DNA of 64,000 nucleotides from Stylophora pistillata (Eukaryota): NCBI RefSeq assembly GCF_002571385.2, contig NW_019217788.1, positions 769,251 to 833,250 of the forward strand, read 5' to 3'. Shown piece by piece: positions 1 to 13,079 of this stretch (position 1 is its first letter; each line of letters starts with the position of its first letter). The notes under the pieces were generated by a model. It saw only the letters and a program-made list of their open reading frames with translations, ran no database searches and was not told where the DNA came from. The position numbers and the translations under genes were made by a program.

Positions 1-222
1 GACATTTTATCACTTTTTTTTAGAGTTTAAATTTTTACAAAATTAAAAAATATGCCTGTTTACTTATATTTCTTTTATAATTAAATAATTATTATTTTGA
101 TATATGTTTGTAGAGTTCATGTGTTTGCAAATTAATAAAGAATGAAATGAATCAAGCAATTCAAATCTCTTGGTGTTTTTTGAGTCAGAGTTTGGACCGT
201 TCCCCATCAAACTGAAGACTGG

Positions 223-430
223 TTAATCCATTGACCCCTAGGAGTGATTAGCATCTAACTTCTTACTACATCATCCCTGAATCAAATGTAAGGTTACGAG
301 AAAAAAGGAAATAATCAAAAACTAAAAAGCTCGCTCGATTGTTATACAAATTCTCCATGTCAGCAGTTTAGAAATGTGTAGAAAATAAAATGGAGAATAT
401 ACATACTGATGTTAGGCTGTAGAAGGTTAA
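223..430. mobile_element. ~200-bp TTAA-flanked MITE (piggyBac-like ends), abundant family
   Basis: ttaatccatt...gaaggttaa ends. Similar ~200-bp units occur at ~10623-10838, 12272-12465, 14925-15117, 19949-20160 and 60503-61186. Confidence 0.6.
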
Positions 431-983
431 AGTGCATCTAACCCTAAATTTTTTTTCCATTTAAAAAAATCTTCATGCTTTGGTGAGTATCTCGGGCAAA
501 AAATGTTTGGATTTGGTCAGATCCTTGAATTTTTGTGCCCCGTTGAGGTACGGAGAATCGCATTAAAATCACCTCCATTTTGACTCACGACCGCGTTTCA
601 AGGATCAAGAGTCTGGCGACTAATGTGACGTCACTTCGAGAACCCAACAATCTCTATTTCGCGCCATTTTGCACAGTTCACTGGTTATATTAGGAAGGTT
701 AGATCGATATTTGTCGCAAATATGCCGCAGAATGAATCTAGTGCTAGAAAGGCTTTTGCAGGTCGACGACTGGCTGAGAATTCCCTGGCGTCTTCTCGAA
801 GTGACGTCACAAGTCTATTCTGCCCAGATCCCCATCTACGCGGTCGTCTTCCATTCGGATCTCGACTTCAACAGGGCATAAAAAAATGAGGGTTTAACCA
901 AATCCAACATTTTTTTCGACGAAATACTAGCCAAAGCAGGAAGATTTTTTTAAGTGAAAAAAAATTTAGGAGTCAGGTGCACT
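431..983. mobile_element. Non-autonomous DNA transposon with long TIRs and TTAA TSD (Kolobok-like AG...CT termini)
   Basis: agtgcatctaaccctaaattttttttccatttaaaaaaatcttcatgctttgg matches the reverse complement of ccaaagcaggaagatttttttaagtgaaaaaaaatttaggagtcaggtgcact. TTAA lies at 427-430 and 984-987. Confidence 0.8.
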
Positions 984-1294
984 TTAAAAAGGATTGCAAA
1001 TAACGAACAGAAATCTTTAAGCTTAGAAAAGACATATGAACGAAAAGGGTGCGTAGATTTCAGGGAATAGTCACACTGATTTGTCTTCCTCCCTTCTGTT
1101 TTTAAATTTCAAGCTAAGTTTTTGATACTGCTCGGCCAGACACAAAAGATTGAAAATATCTACATCTGTGTCTCACAGCCGAACTCCCTAAACAATCACC
1201 TCTTGACATAGAGATACCTTGCTCCGATCATGGTCCCCTGCCCCTGACCAAAGTTGAACAGGTACCACCAGTCGTTGAATCAAAACCCCAAGAG

Positions 1295-1413
1295 GTGGTC
1301 AAGCCACAAGCAACACCGAACCCTCCAGCTGATGACGTAACGAGTCCAGAAAGATGTAGCGCTCGGGGAAGAGTCCTACGTAGACCAGCATACCTCCGTG
1401 ACTATACATGCTG
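1295..1413 (+). mobile_element. Probable C-terminal tail of a Ty3/Gypsy-type pol ORF (relic)
   Basis: A Pro-rich stretch ends in RCSARGRVLRRPAYLRDYTC, resembling the R-S-x-R-x-x-R-P-x-Y-L-x-D-Y tail of Gypsy integrases. It abuts the N gap at 1414-1430. Confidence 0.45.
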
Positions 1414-1430
1414 NNNNNNNNNNNNNNNNN

Positions 1431-3820
1431 AACTCTTGAATCTTTTTCTTTGCATCATCATACTCCTTCTTGTGGAAGAGATGCTTGAGCATCGGTGCTC
1501 CTCCAAGATACAGCAAGTCTGAAAAGCGGGCCAGCTTTAAAAGAGTCCAGGTGAAGCCATCCACTGTATGCCCTGCTAGTGCAATCATCTGTATTTCTTT
1601 AACAAGTTCATTCTGTGGTGCTGGAAATCAAACAATTAAAATCATTTCATTTTGGAATTTTTGAGGCTAGAAGTACTGGTAGATCAAGGGAGGGTTTGGG
1701 GGTTCAGTGACATCCTTACAATGGTTTACTGACATCAGCTAAAAATGCAAAGTCTTATTTAATAAATAAGGTAAAGGATTTAACTTGTAAGAAGAGCATT
1801 ACAAGAAATATCTGCAACTGATGAATGTTTCAGCTCAGACTGGAAATATCTTGATACAAAAGAGTAACAATTTGAAAAAATAAATATTAAATAAATAAAA
1901 AGTGAATTGTCAAAAAAAAAATGACTTAGCTTCAGAGTATCAGAAATCCTACTTATCAAGAAATTAAAACTCAAAATTTTCTTAGGAACACTATTAGCAA
2001 ACCCCACAAATGGTAACCATTTTTAGCTCTCATTTGAACCTCCTCTTTACAATTCAAAGAGGATCAAAATCTTAGTCCACCACAATATATCAGAGAATAA
2101 TGGTTGATGCTCTCTCTGCCACTGTTGACAGGTTTGTAATTTCTCTTTAAGCCACCAAATTCATTGTCAAGCACACAATTAATGAGAAAGGATAAAAACC
2201 TAACCTAGGAATAATACCATATATGCAACTCTCCAACTAACACTGTATGAAATGTGAAGGTTAAGTGCAGGGATTTCATTAAGGGCCTGGGCTCCGGGCA
2301 TATTGACCAGTTGTGAGAACAGTTTTGCCCACCTGGTTTGATGATCTGGAGGAAAATTTTATCTTATAAAGAAGTTCAGTTCAAAAAGTTTTGCCTGCCT
2401 GTGAAAACCAGTTGCCCTCCTGCTAAAAACATTTATGAAACCTGTACAGAAGCCTATTGGCCCACCCTGCTCAAGCTTATACTGGTTTCCATGTAGCATG
2501 AAGCGACAATGAGTATTACTACTCCCCCTGGATGGGATGTTAGTCCATCACAAGGTTACCCCCCCCTGTATTTCATCAGGCTTCCCTGACCATTTGCCAG
2601 TACTCATTTCTACTCCTTGGTGGAGAGAGGCATGGTGTGAGTAAAGTGTTTGGCCCAAAAACATAACACAGTGTCCTGGCCAGCTCTCAAATCCAGACCT
2701 CTGGACCTAAAGTCCAGTGCACTGATCATAAGGCCACAGTGTCTTCCACATTGCAAGACCTGTGGGGCAGGAAATAAGTAGAGTTGATAGTAAGATCATA
2801 TTAGGGAAATAAAAACACATGTTTGTACCTGCATTTATGACTGGATATTTAACGCAGGTTCCCAATAACTTGGGCTCTTTTGACATTAATCCAAGATCCA
2901 CAAGGCTGTCAAATGTAGCTGACACACAGCAGGGCTTGTGGTAATTTGAACCCTTCAATATCCACTTTGCCACACTGCGGGGCTTGTCAGGATGTTTACG
3001 AGTGTGTTCCACCATGTGATTGAACATACATTTGTCCAAGTAAGAGTCTGTTGGTGTGAAATCAGTCACCTTTGGAGAAACAGAAATATTAAAAAGATGA
3101 TTTTTAAATCAATGAATTCTAAAATTTAAGGATAGTCACAACCTCCTCTCTTCCCCTCCCAACTCCCATTGATGACACTATATTCACACAAGTTCTTAAT
3201 CAGAAAGAGGACCAAAGTGCTCTTATATAATGCTTATGGACCTTCCCCCACCCCTTCAAACAAGAAAAAAAAGTTATGTTTCCTACCAAAGTGAAAAGTT
3301 TTTTCTATGACCTGATTGGAAGTTTTTTTCAAGACTGCCCTACCCCCTAAGAAAGATCAATTTCAGAACCCCCCCTGAAAATCTTCTGCATGACTATGAT
3401 GAAGCAGGGGAAAGTAGTTGCTTATCATTGGAATTTCCCGAATAATTTTGTGAACTGTGCAACGTAGTTCGAATCGAACTGGCCTCAATTAATGCGAATA
3501 TCATTTTTTTCTTCTCTTACCTGAAGTACCATCTCCTTATACTTCACACCCAGACAGGACGCCTGTGCTTCTTCAAAACTGACCTTGCCGAGGACGTACA
3601 AGTCGATGATTACAGCTGCCGAGACGTTCCCATAATGAGGGGCACTTGATTTCCTTCCCGGGACATCACCCGTCGATTGGTCATGCCATAGCAGACACAA
3701 CGCTTGAGAAATTTTGAGGTTTCTTTCCTTAAAACACTCAGTAACGAATCGATCCGACCGCACAATTTCTAAAAGGTTCTCTGCCAATTTCGGAGAGTAA
3801 TCTGCATCTCCGTCCGCCAT
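1431..3820 (-). CDS. Divergent GPP34/GOLPH3-family protein; 3 exons, 3' end lost in gap
   Basis: Exons 3820-3521 (ATG, phase 0), 3069-2829 (phase 1) and 1620-~1431 all have GT-AG junctions. Motifs LKISQALCLLWHDQSTG...AAVIIDLYVLGKV, VTDFTPTDSYLD, PRSVAKWI and DSLVDLGLMSKE...YPV fit the GPP34 family pattern. Confidence 0.7.
2450..2752 (-). mobile_element. tRNA-head SINE, degenerate copy in GPP34 intron 2
   Basis: Reverse-complement similarity to the SINE at 4415-4730 (catcccatccagggggagtag, gtcgcttcatgctac, aacactttactc). Confidence 0.75.
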
Positions 3821-4414
3821 ATAAAAGTTTCTTGACTCAACTCGATCGACTTCACCGGAAAATTCTCTATCTATTTTCGGCAGCAACGTTGTTTATATAC
3901 AGTAGCTGCTGGCTATAATTACAGCACAGCACAGGTCAAGTTATATAAACGAAATTTTTTTTGCGTGGGTTCTTCAACCATGACAACAAAAGCAGTATTT
4001 TTAGCTCAACCTGTTTTTACCCGGTTTCCGCCATTTTGAATTTAATTTTCTTTGGTCCCGACCAGGGTCCAGACTCCTTGCTGTTTCTATTTTTGGATTC
4101 TGATGAATAACATTCAAGCTGCTAGCGAGAGTCACAAGACCTACTCACAACACAACCTCTTCGTGGCGCTAATTTATACCCACGTTAGCAGATTTTTTCG
4201 ACCAATAGTCGACACAGTTCTGAGAAAAAAAGCCTGCACGGTCAATATAGCTGCTCAAAATTAACTTAAAATTGTCCCTCATTAACGAGCGCTTCAAGTT
4301 GCCCAAAATTCACTTATTTTAATTAAATTTTTTCTCTACCTCACTCGTGTAAGCAGAAAGCTAACCTGTGATCGCCTTTTTGATCACTTAAAAACACAGT
4401 TTTAAATTCAATTA

Positions 4415-4730
4415 GTGAAGGCGCGGTGGCCTCATGCATGGTTGGTGCGCTCGACTCCGGATCGATCCGGATCAATTGGTCCGGGTTCGAGCGCCGGCCG
4501 GGACATTGCCGGTTGTGTTCTTAGGCAAGACACTTTACTCTCACAGTGCCTCTCTTCACCCAGGTGTATAAATGGGGGTACCGGCAATTTAATGCTGGGG
4601 GTAACTCTGCGATGGACTGGCATCCCATCCAGGGGGGAGTAGAAATACTCCTAGTCGCTTCATGCTACAGAAACCGGAGTTAAGCACCGGCCTGATGGGC
4701 CACTAGGCTCGTAAACAGACTTTACCTTTA
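4415..4730 (+). mobile_element. tRNA-derived SINE with a CORE/Meta-like central domain
   Basis: tRNA-like head (ggcgcggtggcctc...ggttcgagcgcc B-box), then ttaggcaagacactttactctcacagtgcctctcttcacccaggtgtataaatggg, ending in a tttaccttta tail. A fragment also occurs at ~20690-20770. Confidence 0.8.
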
Positions 4731-6994
4731 AATTCAATTGAATGCTAAAATTAAAACCTGAATAATTTTTCATTCTCATTTCTTGTTAATCCTCGACAGA
4801 AAGCTTGGTAGAGCTTAGAACCTTTATGGTCTGCCATCTTGGTGGACCGATGAAGGCTAGGCCAGTGGATAAACGGCAATATCCAAATCGACCGCTGAAA
4901 TTTCATCAGAAGCATAGAATCGTTCTAAAACACGAGGTGTGTCTCGAGAGAGTTTTGCCTGATTATATCTTCTTCTCAATTAGGCGCTACGATTCTTTTT
5001 CCATGATTTCGCTTCCATCCCCTCCCCTTCATCTTGTGGGTCATTAGAGAGGGGAATAAATCATCTATTGTAGTCAAACGTCCAACACGCTGCATGTCGT
5101 TTAATCGATTTCTCGAAATGTACAACTGTCGGAAAAGTGACGTCAGCCTTGTAACCTCGCAACGCGAAACCAAGGGTGGTCTTTACGATAATTATTGTGG
5201 TTTTGTAAAAGAATAGGCTAAGATCGACGCGATACGAAGCATGTGACGACTAGAATAAAGATAGGGAAAAAAAAACTACACGAGTGACTAGTGTTGCTGT
5301 ACTGGGATTTCCAACACAACATAAGCGAAAAGCGATGCGAAGCAAGCGGTAGAAACGTTGTATGACTAGGACGGCTAGGAACACGAAAATCAAAAACGGG
5401 TGAAGACGGTAAGGAAACTGGAAATATGAAAGGTAGCCATGGCAAAGCACAAGTGAGCTAAAAAACGCACGCAAAAAGGGCCTTAACGAGACGAAATTAT
5501 GCGAAAACACCTAACAGAATATTGATTACGTAAAGGCGGAAAAAAAGGCAAAGAATGCGACAATGAGGAGAAAAAATGCGCTTACAAACGAGAAAACAAA
5601 CAAAAGAAACAAATACAGCCATGCGGCGGTAACATCATGTAAGGTATACTTATTCTAAAAAGAATATTTCTGTTTTGCTGAGCTGACAGCAATTCAAGTA
5701 TCATCGGATACAATCCAGTATATGTCATAATCTAACAGGAAATTACAATAATTTATAGTCTGCATGCGTGTAGCCGCACCCTCCACCCTCCCCCAAGGAG
5801 GAACGGGGAGAACTACGGCTAGATGTGGGCTAAACAATCTACGGCAAACACTGGGAAAAGATTCAGTAGTCTTCTAGGGGGGTACTGTGAAACAGAGGCT
5901 ACAAGTAAAGGAAGACATCACGATTACGAGGTTGAAGGATGGTCTGAAAGAGGAATGGTTGGCTGAGAAATTTAGCTTGATACAGATGTAAGTTTTTTGT
6001 ATTGATCTTTCATCTCGATAATTGCGTTATCTTCTGGTTCCACATTCCATTATTGAAGCTAACCCTAAAGGGTTGTTTTTTTTTTGGTTTGTTTTTTTTT
6101 TAAATAACCCTTCTTTAATTTTCTCATGAACTGAATCCAAAAAACCATTGAACCATCGACGGAATAACTTTTCTTCACACTTTGTTTTCTAGCTGCTTGC
6201 AATTCAATGAAGTACTTACATTCAGTAAAGTTGTCCTCTTGATTAGAGGAACCTGTCACAAACTTCCAAAATAATACTTGGAGGTAATTTCCTGTAACGA
6301 ATTTGAAACCAAACATGTCTGGAGGTTGAAGTTAGTTTCCATTTAATTCAAAAGCCCTGGGATATGATAATTTTTGTTTATCAAGAACACCAGAGCAATT
6401 TGCAATTGGGACAAAAAAAAGAAAAAGAAACAGGGACTAAAACCAATAATTTGTTGTTTCCATGAGAGAATACAGTCACTGAAAGTTTTGTTCGAACCTC
6501 TCACGTCAAAATGATTTGCGAAAGTTTAAATTTCTTGTAACCCAAATAAAACACCTGAAAAAGCTGTGAATTTTCTATATTGAGTAACGGAAACAGTTTC
6601 AGTGGCTTCTAATGAAACCAGTGAAAGAAACACTTGAAAGTTATTCATTGCAAAATGAATCAGGGCCAGGCCCTATAAGCAATTGAGAGTATGGTATCCT
6701 TGCAGGTATGATTTTCCACCTTTAGCTCTTAGAACCCCAAAAGCAGGCAGTACTTTCTCTATGCTTCTATCACAGCTTCTCAAGGGTTCAGATTTTGCTA
6801 TGGATCTTTCAGTCGTGCAATTAATGGCGTTTCAAGAGAACGTATGGTTAAGTTCAATTGATTTCTCAAGTGATAAGAAGACTCATTACGAGAGAACTCG
6901 AATATAAAATCGAGGATAACTTTGAGAACAACCCGTGCAGCTCAAAAACTGTCTGCGGAGAGGGGTGTGGAAAGACAGATCGAGGAATATAAGA

Positions 6995-9900
6995 ATGAAA
7001 ATGAAAATGCAATTCTCAATGGGCTTCCTACTTATTTCTTGTTGTGCAGCAGTTTTGCAGGTAAGCTAGCTTAAAGTGATGACCAGTTTAAATGTTCAAA
7101 TAATTTTCAATTTCAAAGTCCGGCACATCAGTCATGCGACAAAACATGGAGAACAATTCAAAAGTCAGAGATTGTTTCCAAGGTATCAGACTAAAAATCA
7201 AGTTTATTTATTTTTTGTATTTATTTTTTTTTATGCATTGCCAATGAAAGGGAAAGTGATAAAGCCAACTGAAAACAAAAACAAAAATAATGTAATTTCA
7301 ATGAAAACCTGATAATCCAATGAAAAGAGTGGGCTCAACCAGAAAGGTCGATTTCAAAGCCCTGTACTACATGAAAACGAGCTAGCAAGCGGTAGAGCTT
7401 TTCAGTCCTGAGTCACAAGAACTGGGAGGTTTCTTTGTCTTCCGTAGTTAATATTCTATTTTTAAGTATATATATTTTTTATTTTTTATAAGCCTCATTC
7501 CACACAAAGGAAGAAAACATCATTCGAAGTGCTGATCAAAAATCAAGGCAAAATGTTTAAAGAGGTTGTGGAAATCGATGTTAAACGGAAAACGGAAACA
7601 TTTCATGTTCCATTTCAAGGTAACCTCGAAGCAGCGGAAATCATTCACGATTTCCGTCAGGTAAGCCACTGCCCAGATATGACACCAAAATCGTTAAAAA
7701 TAGAATTAGAGCTCATTTCGATCGAGTGTCACAATGACCAATCAGGAAAAAGCTTACTGTCCCAAGAATCCGATGAAAACTCATAGTAAAAGCAAGTTAA
7801 ATGTCCGAAGCGCGGGAAAACGCGGCTGAACGAGGTAGATGGGTTTTAGTTTTGCATCTGATTGGTTAGGGGGGGTGGGGTGTGCTAGCTTTCTAAACCA
7901 ATCACAGCGAAGTAAAGCAAAATAAATGCAACCTCGGAAAACCCCAATTTAGAATTGGTGACTCAAAGATTGTGAGCCCGACAAAACAACCAGTCAAATA
8001 TTTTAAGAACTTCCGAAGTTACATGGAGTATTTCGTTACCATGATAACCCATACATTTTCTGTGACAAAAATTTATGGTGTCTTGATCCTTTGAGGTTTC
8101 ATCCCATACGAGTTTGGCAGATTTCATACCTAAAGCGCTGACAGTCTAATCTTCTTTCAGTATCTAAAGATGATTGGCCCAATAATTTTATAAACTGTTT
8201 CATTTGTTTCAGAAATTGATGATGATCAGCTTACCACAGAAGCAACTGTGCTTTTTATCAAAGCTGACTGACAAAGTGCCACGCCCTTCCAGGATGGCCA
8301 AAGCCTTTAGAAAGGTGATATACATGTGCTCACTATGCTTATTTTAAGGCTTTTGCTGAGTAAAAAATTGTAATGATTATTATTGAGATAAAGAGAAAAT
8401 CTGAACAAAATATCATCAGCTCTGGCTTAATTCTTTTAATTTACTTGGGTACTACTTTGAGTCAGTCCTTTTCAACAACCAGATTGAAGTAATTGAAGCT
8501 TGGAAAAAAATTCAAGAATATAGTTTACATCAGTTTGTAGCGGTATGTAAAGTTTGTAACTTACTACCATACAATGCTTCCTGGATCGTTGTTACAAACG
8601 TAGATACACGTCTTCTCCGGTTTCCATTATCAATTGCTTGGATAAGTCTGATACAAGTATCTTCAAAATATTAAGCGCGTGGGAACATCATCCATTGCAC
8701 CCCTCCCTTCCCAGGATTAACTCTGCTACCGGTAGGCTTAGGTAAGTTAAGCCAATATATCCACTTTGCAATACTGAGCGTTTTAAAAATTCTTCTATTA
8801 ATAGACTTAGTTTTAAGCATAAGTTCGCTGTAAATAATAATACATATTTTAGCCCATTACACTTTATATGTAACACTTGATATGTATTTTATCATTGAAA
8901 TAAAGACTATTTATTTATTTATGAAGTCAGGCAAAGTTTCTCAGAGGGAAGAAGAATTAGCAATATTTACCAGTAGACTCTAAAGAAATTTAAGTGGTGT
9001 CATATTCAGAAATCTGAAACAAAATTCTCGTCAATGTCTCACAATAAGCTTTCAATGTCAAAAAATTATTGACTGAAGTAAATTATGAATAAATGAATGA
9101 ATGAATGAAATCTTTATTTAAAACACGGTAAAAATATCAGTATGGCAATAGAAAACAAAGAAGAAATTCATCTTAAGTAAAGTTTTCTATTAACTGGTTT
9201 ACATATTTGCCGTGTGGGAGCCCAATACAGAGAGTCACTTATCAATTCTTCTCTTGACGATGCCTAGAGATTTTGTAGTGCGAATATCCTCAGGAAGATC
9301 ATTCCAAAGAGAAGCTCCGGTATAACTGAAGCTATGCTTCAGGAAGTCAGTTCTTGGTTTCGGCAAGTACAATTTTTGGCTTGCACCACGAAGATCAAAG
9401 GACAAGGTTCTTGGAGTGAAATTGTTACAAAGATAATTTGCTTATTATGGTGGTCACTTTGAGGAAAAAAATCACTCATCTCAACACTGAAAATTCTCCT
9501 TTCTCCAGGTAACATTGGATCATAAGGAATTTCCACTGGAGAGATTGACAATTACCATGGAAACTAAGGAGTTGATATATGACGTGAGTGGTCTTACCAA
9601 TGCTATGAAGAAAATGTGTGATGGTTTTCCTATATACCACAGTGAGCCAACTAAAGATACCATTTTCATCACAGAAGTAAATGATGAAGGTAAATAAAAA
9701 ATCATATATTCATAAAGAATTCATCTGAAAACTAGTGGGCCAGTCTTGATTCTGAGAGATGAGTCCTTTAAATTTGGTGGAAGGCACCAGTCAGTCAGTC
9801 AGTCAGTCAGTCAGTGAACCAGCCAGTCAATCAATCAGTTGGCCAGCCAAGCAGCCAGTCGGTTAATGAGTCAATCAGTGCATAATTTAGTTGGTTAATC

Positions 9901-11112
9901 AGCCAATAAGTCAGTCAATTAGGCAGGCAGATAGACAAGCTGTCAGTCAGTCCACAAGCCAGCCAGTCAGACAATCATTCAGTCAGTCAGTCAGTCAGCA
10001 ACTGGATTATTCATATTAAGTAAAATAATAATCATCCAGTCAGTCAGTCAATCAACTAGTCAATCAATCCCTCAATAAGCTAGTCATCCAGAAGATCATC
10101 AAATCAGTTGGCTGTTAAATCAGTAACTTAAAGTCAGCCACTGGCCAGACAATGAATATCATCAAGAGGGGACAGTAATTACAATAATTCTTGTCCAGAA
10201 TTTTTCACATCCATTAGATGGGAAACCAATGCTGTTTTGTATCCAGTCACACTCTGATGTAGCTCAGCCCATAAATGAATACATGCCAATTTGGTATTGT
10301 TAAAAATGTGCTAACGCTTTTTTTTTTCAAAACTCTTGATCAAATTTGTGTAAAAAGTGCTTGGCTTATAGCCAAATAAATACAGTAGATAGTCAGTAAG
10401 CTAGTCTATCAGTCTGACAATGAACCATTCCATCAGGTAAAAAATCAATGGATCGGTCAACCAGCCACTCTATCAGTCAATACGTGAGTTACCCCCCCCC
10501 CCACAGCCAGCAGGTCTGTTTGTCAGTTGGCCAGAGATAATGTTGATTACTGAGTACCTCACTCAATGTTTCTGTCAGTCAATCATAAAAACTGGCCAAT
10601 GGTTGGTTGACAATGCAAATCATTGACCCTTTCACTCCCATGAGTAACCAAAACAGAATTTCTCGTGACAGTAACAGCACAATATCAAGCAGACAAGTGA
10701 TGAGATTAAAACAAAAGGCCAATTAGGGTATTATGAGTTGATAACCAAATTCTCTAAATTAACATCATAAGTATTGTACATGGAAGACAGTAAGTAGTGA
10801 TTACTAATAAAAGACTTCTTGGGAGCGACAGGGTTCAAGATACATTCCCTGTTTCCTCTCTACCTTCTTTGTAATGTAGAAGGCTTTCTTGTGTAAAATT
10901 ACTTTGTATCAGTTTTTACCATGACTTCGATGAATTTTATGGTTGCAATAATTGTTTCAGGCAAGATTTCAGGAGACAATGGAAATCCTGTTCGTCGAGG
11001 TTCTTGCTCCGGTTCTGTTTGTTACGACAATCAACACTGTTACTTGACCTGTGCTTCATCAACATGCCTGGTGTGTACAGAAATACAAACTTGCTTGCCT
11101 ATTGATTGTTAA
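6995..11112 (+). CDS. Secreted BRICHOS-domain precursor (~222 aa) with a C-terminal 8-Cys peptide
   Basis: Exons 6995-7060, 7493-7660, 8213-8314, 9509-9689 and 10961-11112 are GT-AG with phases 0,0,0,1. Signal-like N-terminus MKMKMQFSMGFLLISCCAAVLQ. BRICHOS hallmarks IIHDFRQKLMMISLPQKQLCFL and KMCDGFPIY. A PVRR site precedes GSCSGSVCYDNQHCYLTCASSTCLVCTEIQTCLPIDC. Confidence 0.85.
9090..9365 (-). mobile_element. 3' end of a CR1/L2-type LINE in BRICHOS intron 3
   Basis: The minus strand reads PRTDFLKHSFSYTGASLWNDLPEDIR, a typical LINE ORF2 C-terminus, followed by a short (ATTC)n tail. Confidence 0.7.
9788..10060. repeat. Degenerate (CAGT)n microsatellite
   Basis: Runs of cagtcagtcagt with variants in intron 4 of the BRICHOS gene. 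Confidence 0.85.
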
Positions 11113-11619
11113 GTATCACTTCAGTTTAAACACGTCAAAACCCAGCTGTCAATTTTAATAAAGTGATAAAGGTTTCAAAAAGATAAAGGTTTCAATAAAG
11201 TGATTAAGGTTTCAAAAAGACGAAAGTTTATGAGTTCTGATGCAAAATGTATGATTTTGTCAAAACTAAGAAACTTTTTAGTCAATAAATAACTTACAAA
11301 TATCACATTATACAGGTCTTCCTTCACATTACCATAAAATAATTTGATAATTTCTTATGAAACCATCGATATCTAGAGGGACTGACTACATAAAGAGTGT
11401 AGCACCTTTCTTTATTTTTTCATATCTGTACCTAAATTGATCACTTAAACATTGAAGACTGATGCTCAGAAAAAACAATTTTCTTTCATTCAAGTAATGA
11501 TGTGATGATAATATTTACACAAAGTTTATACAATTACACCATAATCTAATGTGGGCTAGGGGGTTTCTTGATCTGAGAGAACACAAACTAAAAATCCACT
11601 GAAGGGGAGTTATATAGTA

Positions 11620-13036
11620 CTACAAAGAGAATGTTGCGGATGACTGAGCAAGTCCTTGGCGCCTAGAAAAAAAGGAAAATTCAATCACCTCATTAAAACT
11701 CACATCTGCTAGAAAATACTGAGAAAATATAGTTATAACAAAACATGTGTCCTTCAAAACTGTAACTATTCATCCCTACAGGGGACTTTGAAAAGTTCTT
11801 TATAAGTTAGCTTAGTTTGGTTATATTAACTAAGTTGAAATTGTAAATTAGCCACCATTAAGAGTTAAAAAGCTGATGTTTCAAGTGTTAGCCCTTCCTC
11901 AATTGCTCTGATGAAGGGCTAACCCTCAAAACAGTGGCCAATTTACAATTTCAACTTAGTTGATAGAACCAAATTACCTTGTTACCCCCACCAACGCAAC
12001 ACCACAGTTTCTTTAGAAACTTACCCACTCAAGTTCTGCAAAAGTTTGTTTTAAATGGAGCTATAATTCTATAAATGACTTACGCCTCTTTCAAAAATGT
12101 CTCTGCACTTATTCTGTCCATATCACCTCCAGGAGGGTCTCTATCAAACTTTTTGACACCCATTGTTTCAAGCCCTGAGTACAAAACAACACAAAATCAG
12201 GTGCTTAAATCATACGACTATATATTACTATACTTGATTTCTGCCACTCCCTCAAGTTAGTCATTGCTCCCTTAACCTTTTCGGTCTGCGATCTCATTTG
12301 CAATTCTCCACACTGTCTTCCTTATGATTCTTATGATGTTGGTTAGGAGAATTTGATATTGCATCCACTAATAATCCCCTAATTGATATTTTTCGCTGTT
12401 CTCATCACTCGTTTGCTTGATCTCATATTGATGTTATGAGGAGAAATTCTGTCTTGGTCTCTCACTGAATTTTTTGATAGATTCATTCTTTCAAAGTAGA
12501 GAAAACCTTGTTGTTCCGATCTCCATGATACTTAGATATAACTGTTTTAATTCCATACAATGGAATAAGATACGGGGGCATCAGTTAACCAGATTTATTG
12601 TAAAATAAAAGAAAAACTAACCTTGCTTGTACTGTTCATATGTTATGAAGCCATTTCCAGTGACATCTAGCATTCCAAACAACGATCTAACATTACTGTC
12701 ATCAAATATGCAAGGGTAGTTTCTCTGCATTGTTCTAGCATCTCTTAATTTCTCCAGGAATTGTTTCATGTAAGCCTTCGGGTCCTCTGTGAAACAAACA
12801 AGCACAGATACAGTCATAAATATGCAAGCAAATTCACAACGAAATTTGAAATTTGTCAAAAATCTCGACGACTCTTTCATTAAAATTGCCAGCTTTGCAA
12901 CCAAAACATCAACCCTAAGCTTTGGAAATTATTCACCTGGTCTTTCATAGATCAACTGAGCAGTTAAGTTTTCAAACAGTTCCATTATACAATGCTTTTT
13001 AAGGTATTCTTGAGAATCGCTTTCCTTGTTCGCCAT
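11620..13036 (-). CDS. EFCAB10: EF-hand calcium-binding domain-containing protein 10-like (132 aa)
   Basis: Exons 13036-12937, 12786-12622, 12174-12084 and 11662-11620 total 399 nt with GT-AG junctions. RIIa/Dpy-30-like N-terminus YLKKHCIMELFENLTAQLIYERPEDPKAY, then EF-hand FGMLDVTGNGFITYEQYKQGLETMG. Confidence 0.9.
11815..12030. mobile_element. Penelope-like terminal-repeat relic with a degenerate hammerhead core
   Basis: Inverted arrangement around ctctgatgaagggctaaccctcaaaac with the shared tail gtggccaatttacaatttcaacttagttgata. Same family as 18200-18570 and 57650-57770. Confidence 0.65.
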
Positions 13037-13079
13037 TTTTGATTTTGTATCTCTTGCATCCCCGTAGAGTTTCCATAAA

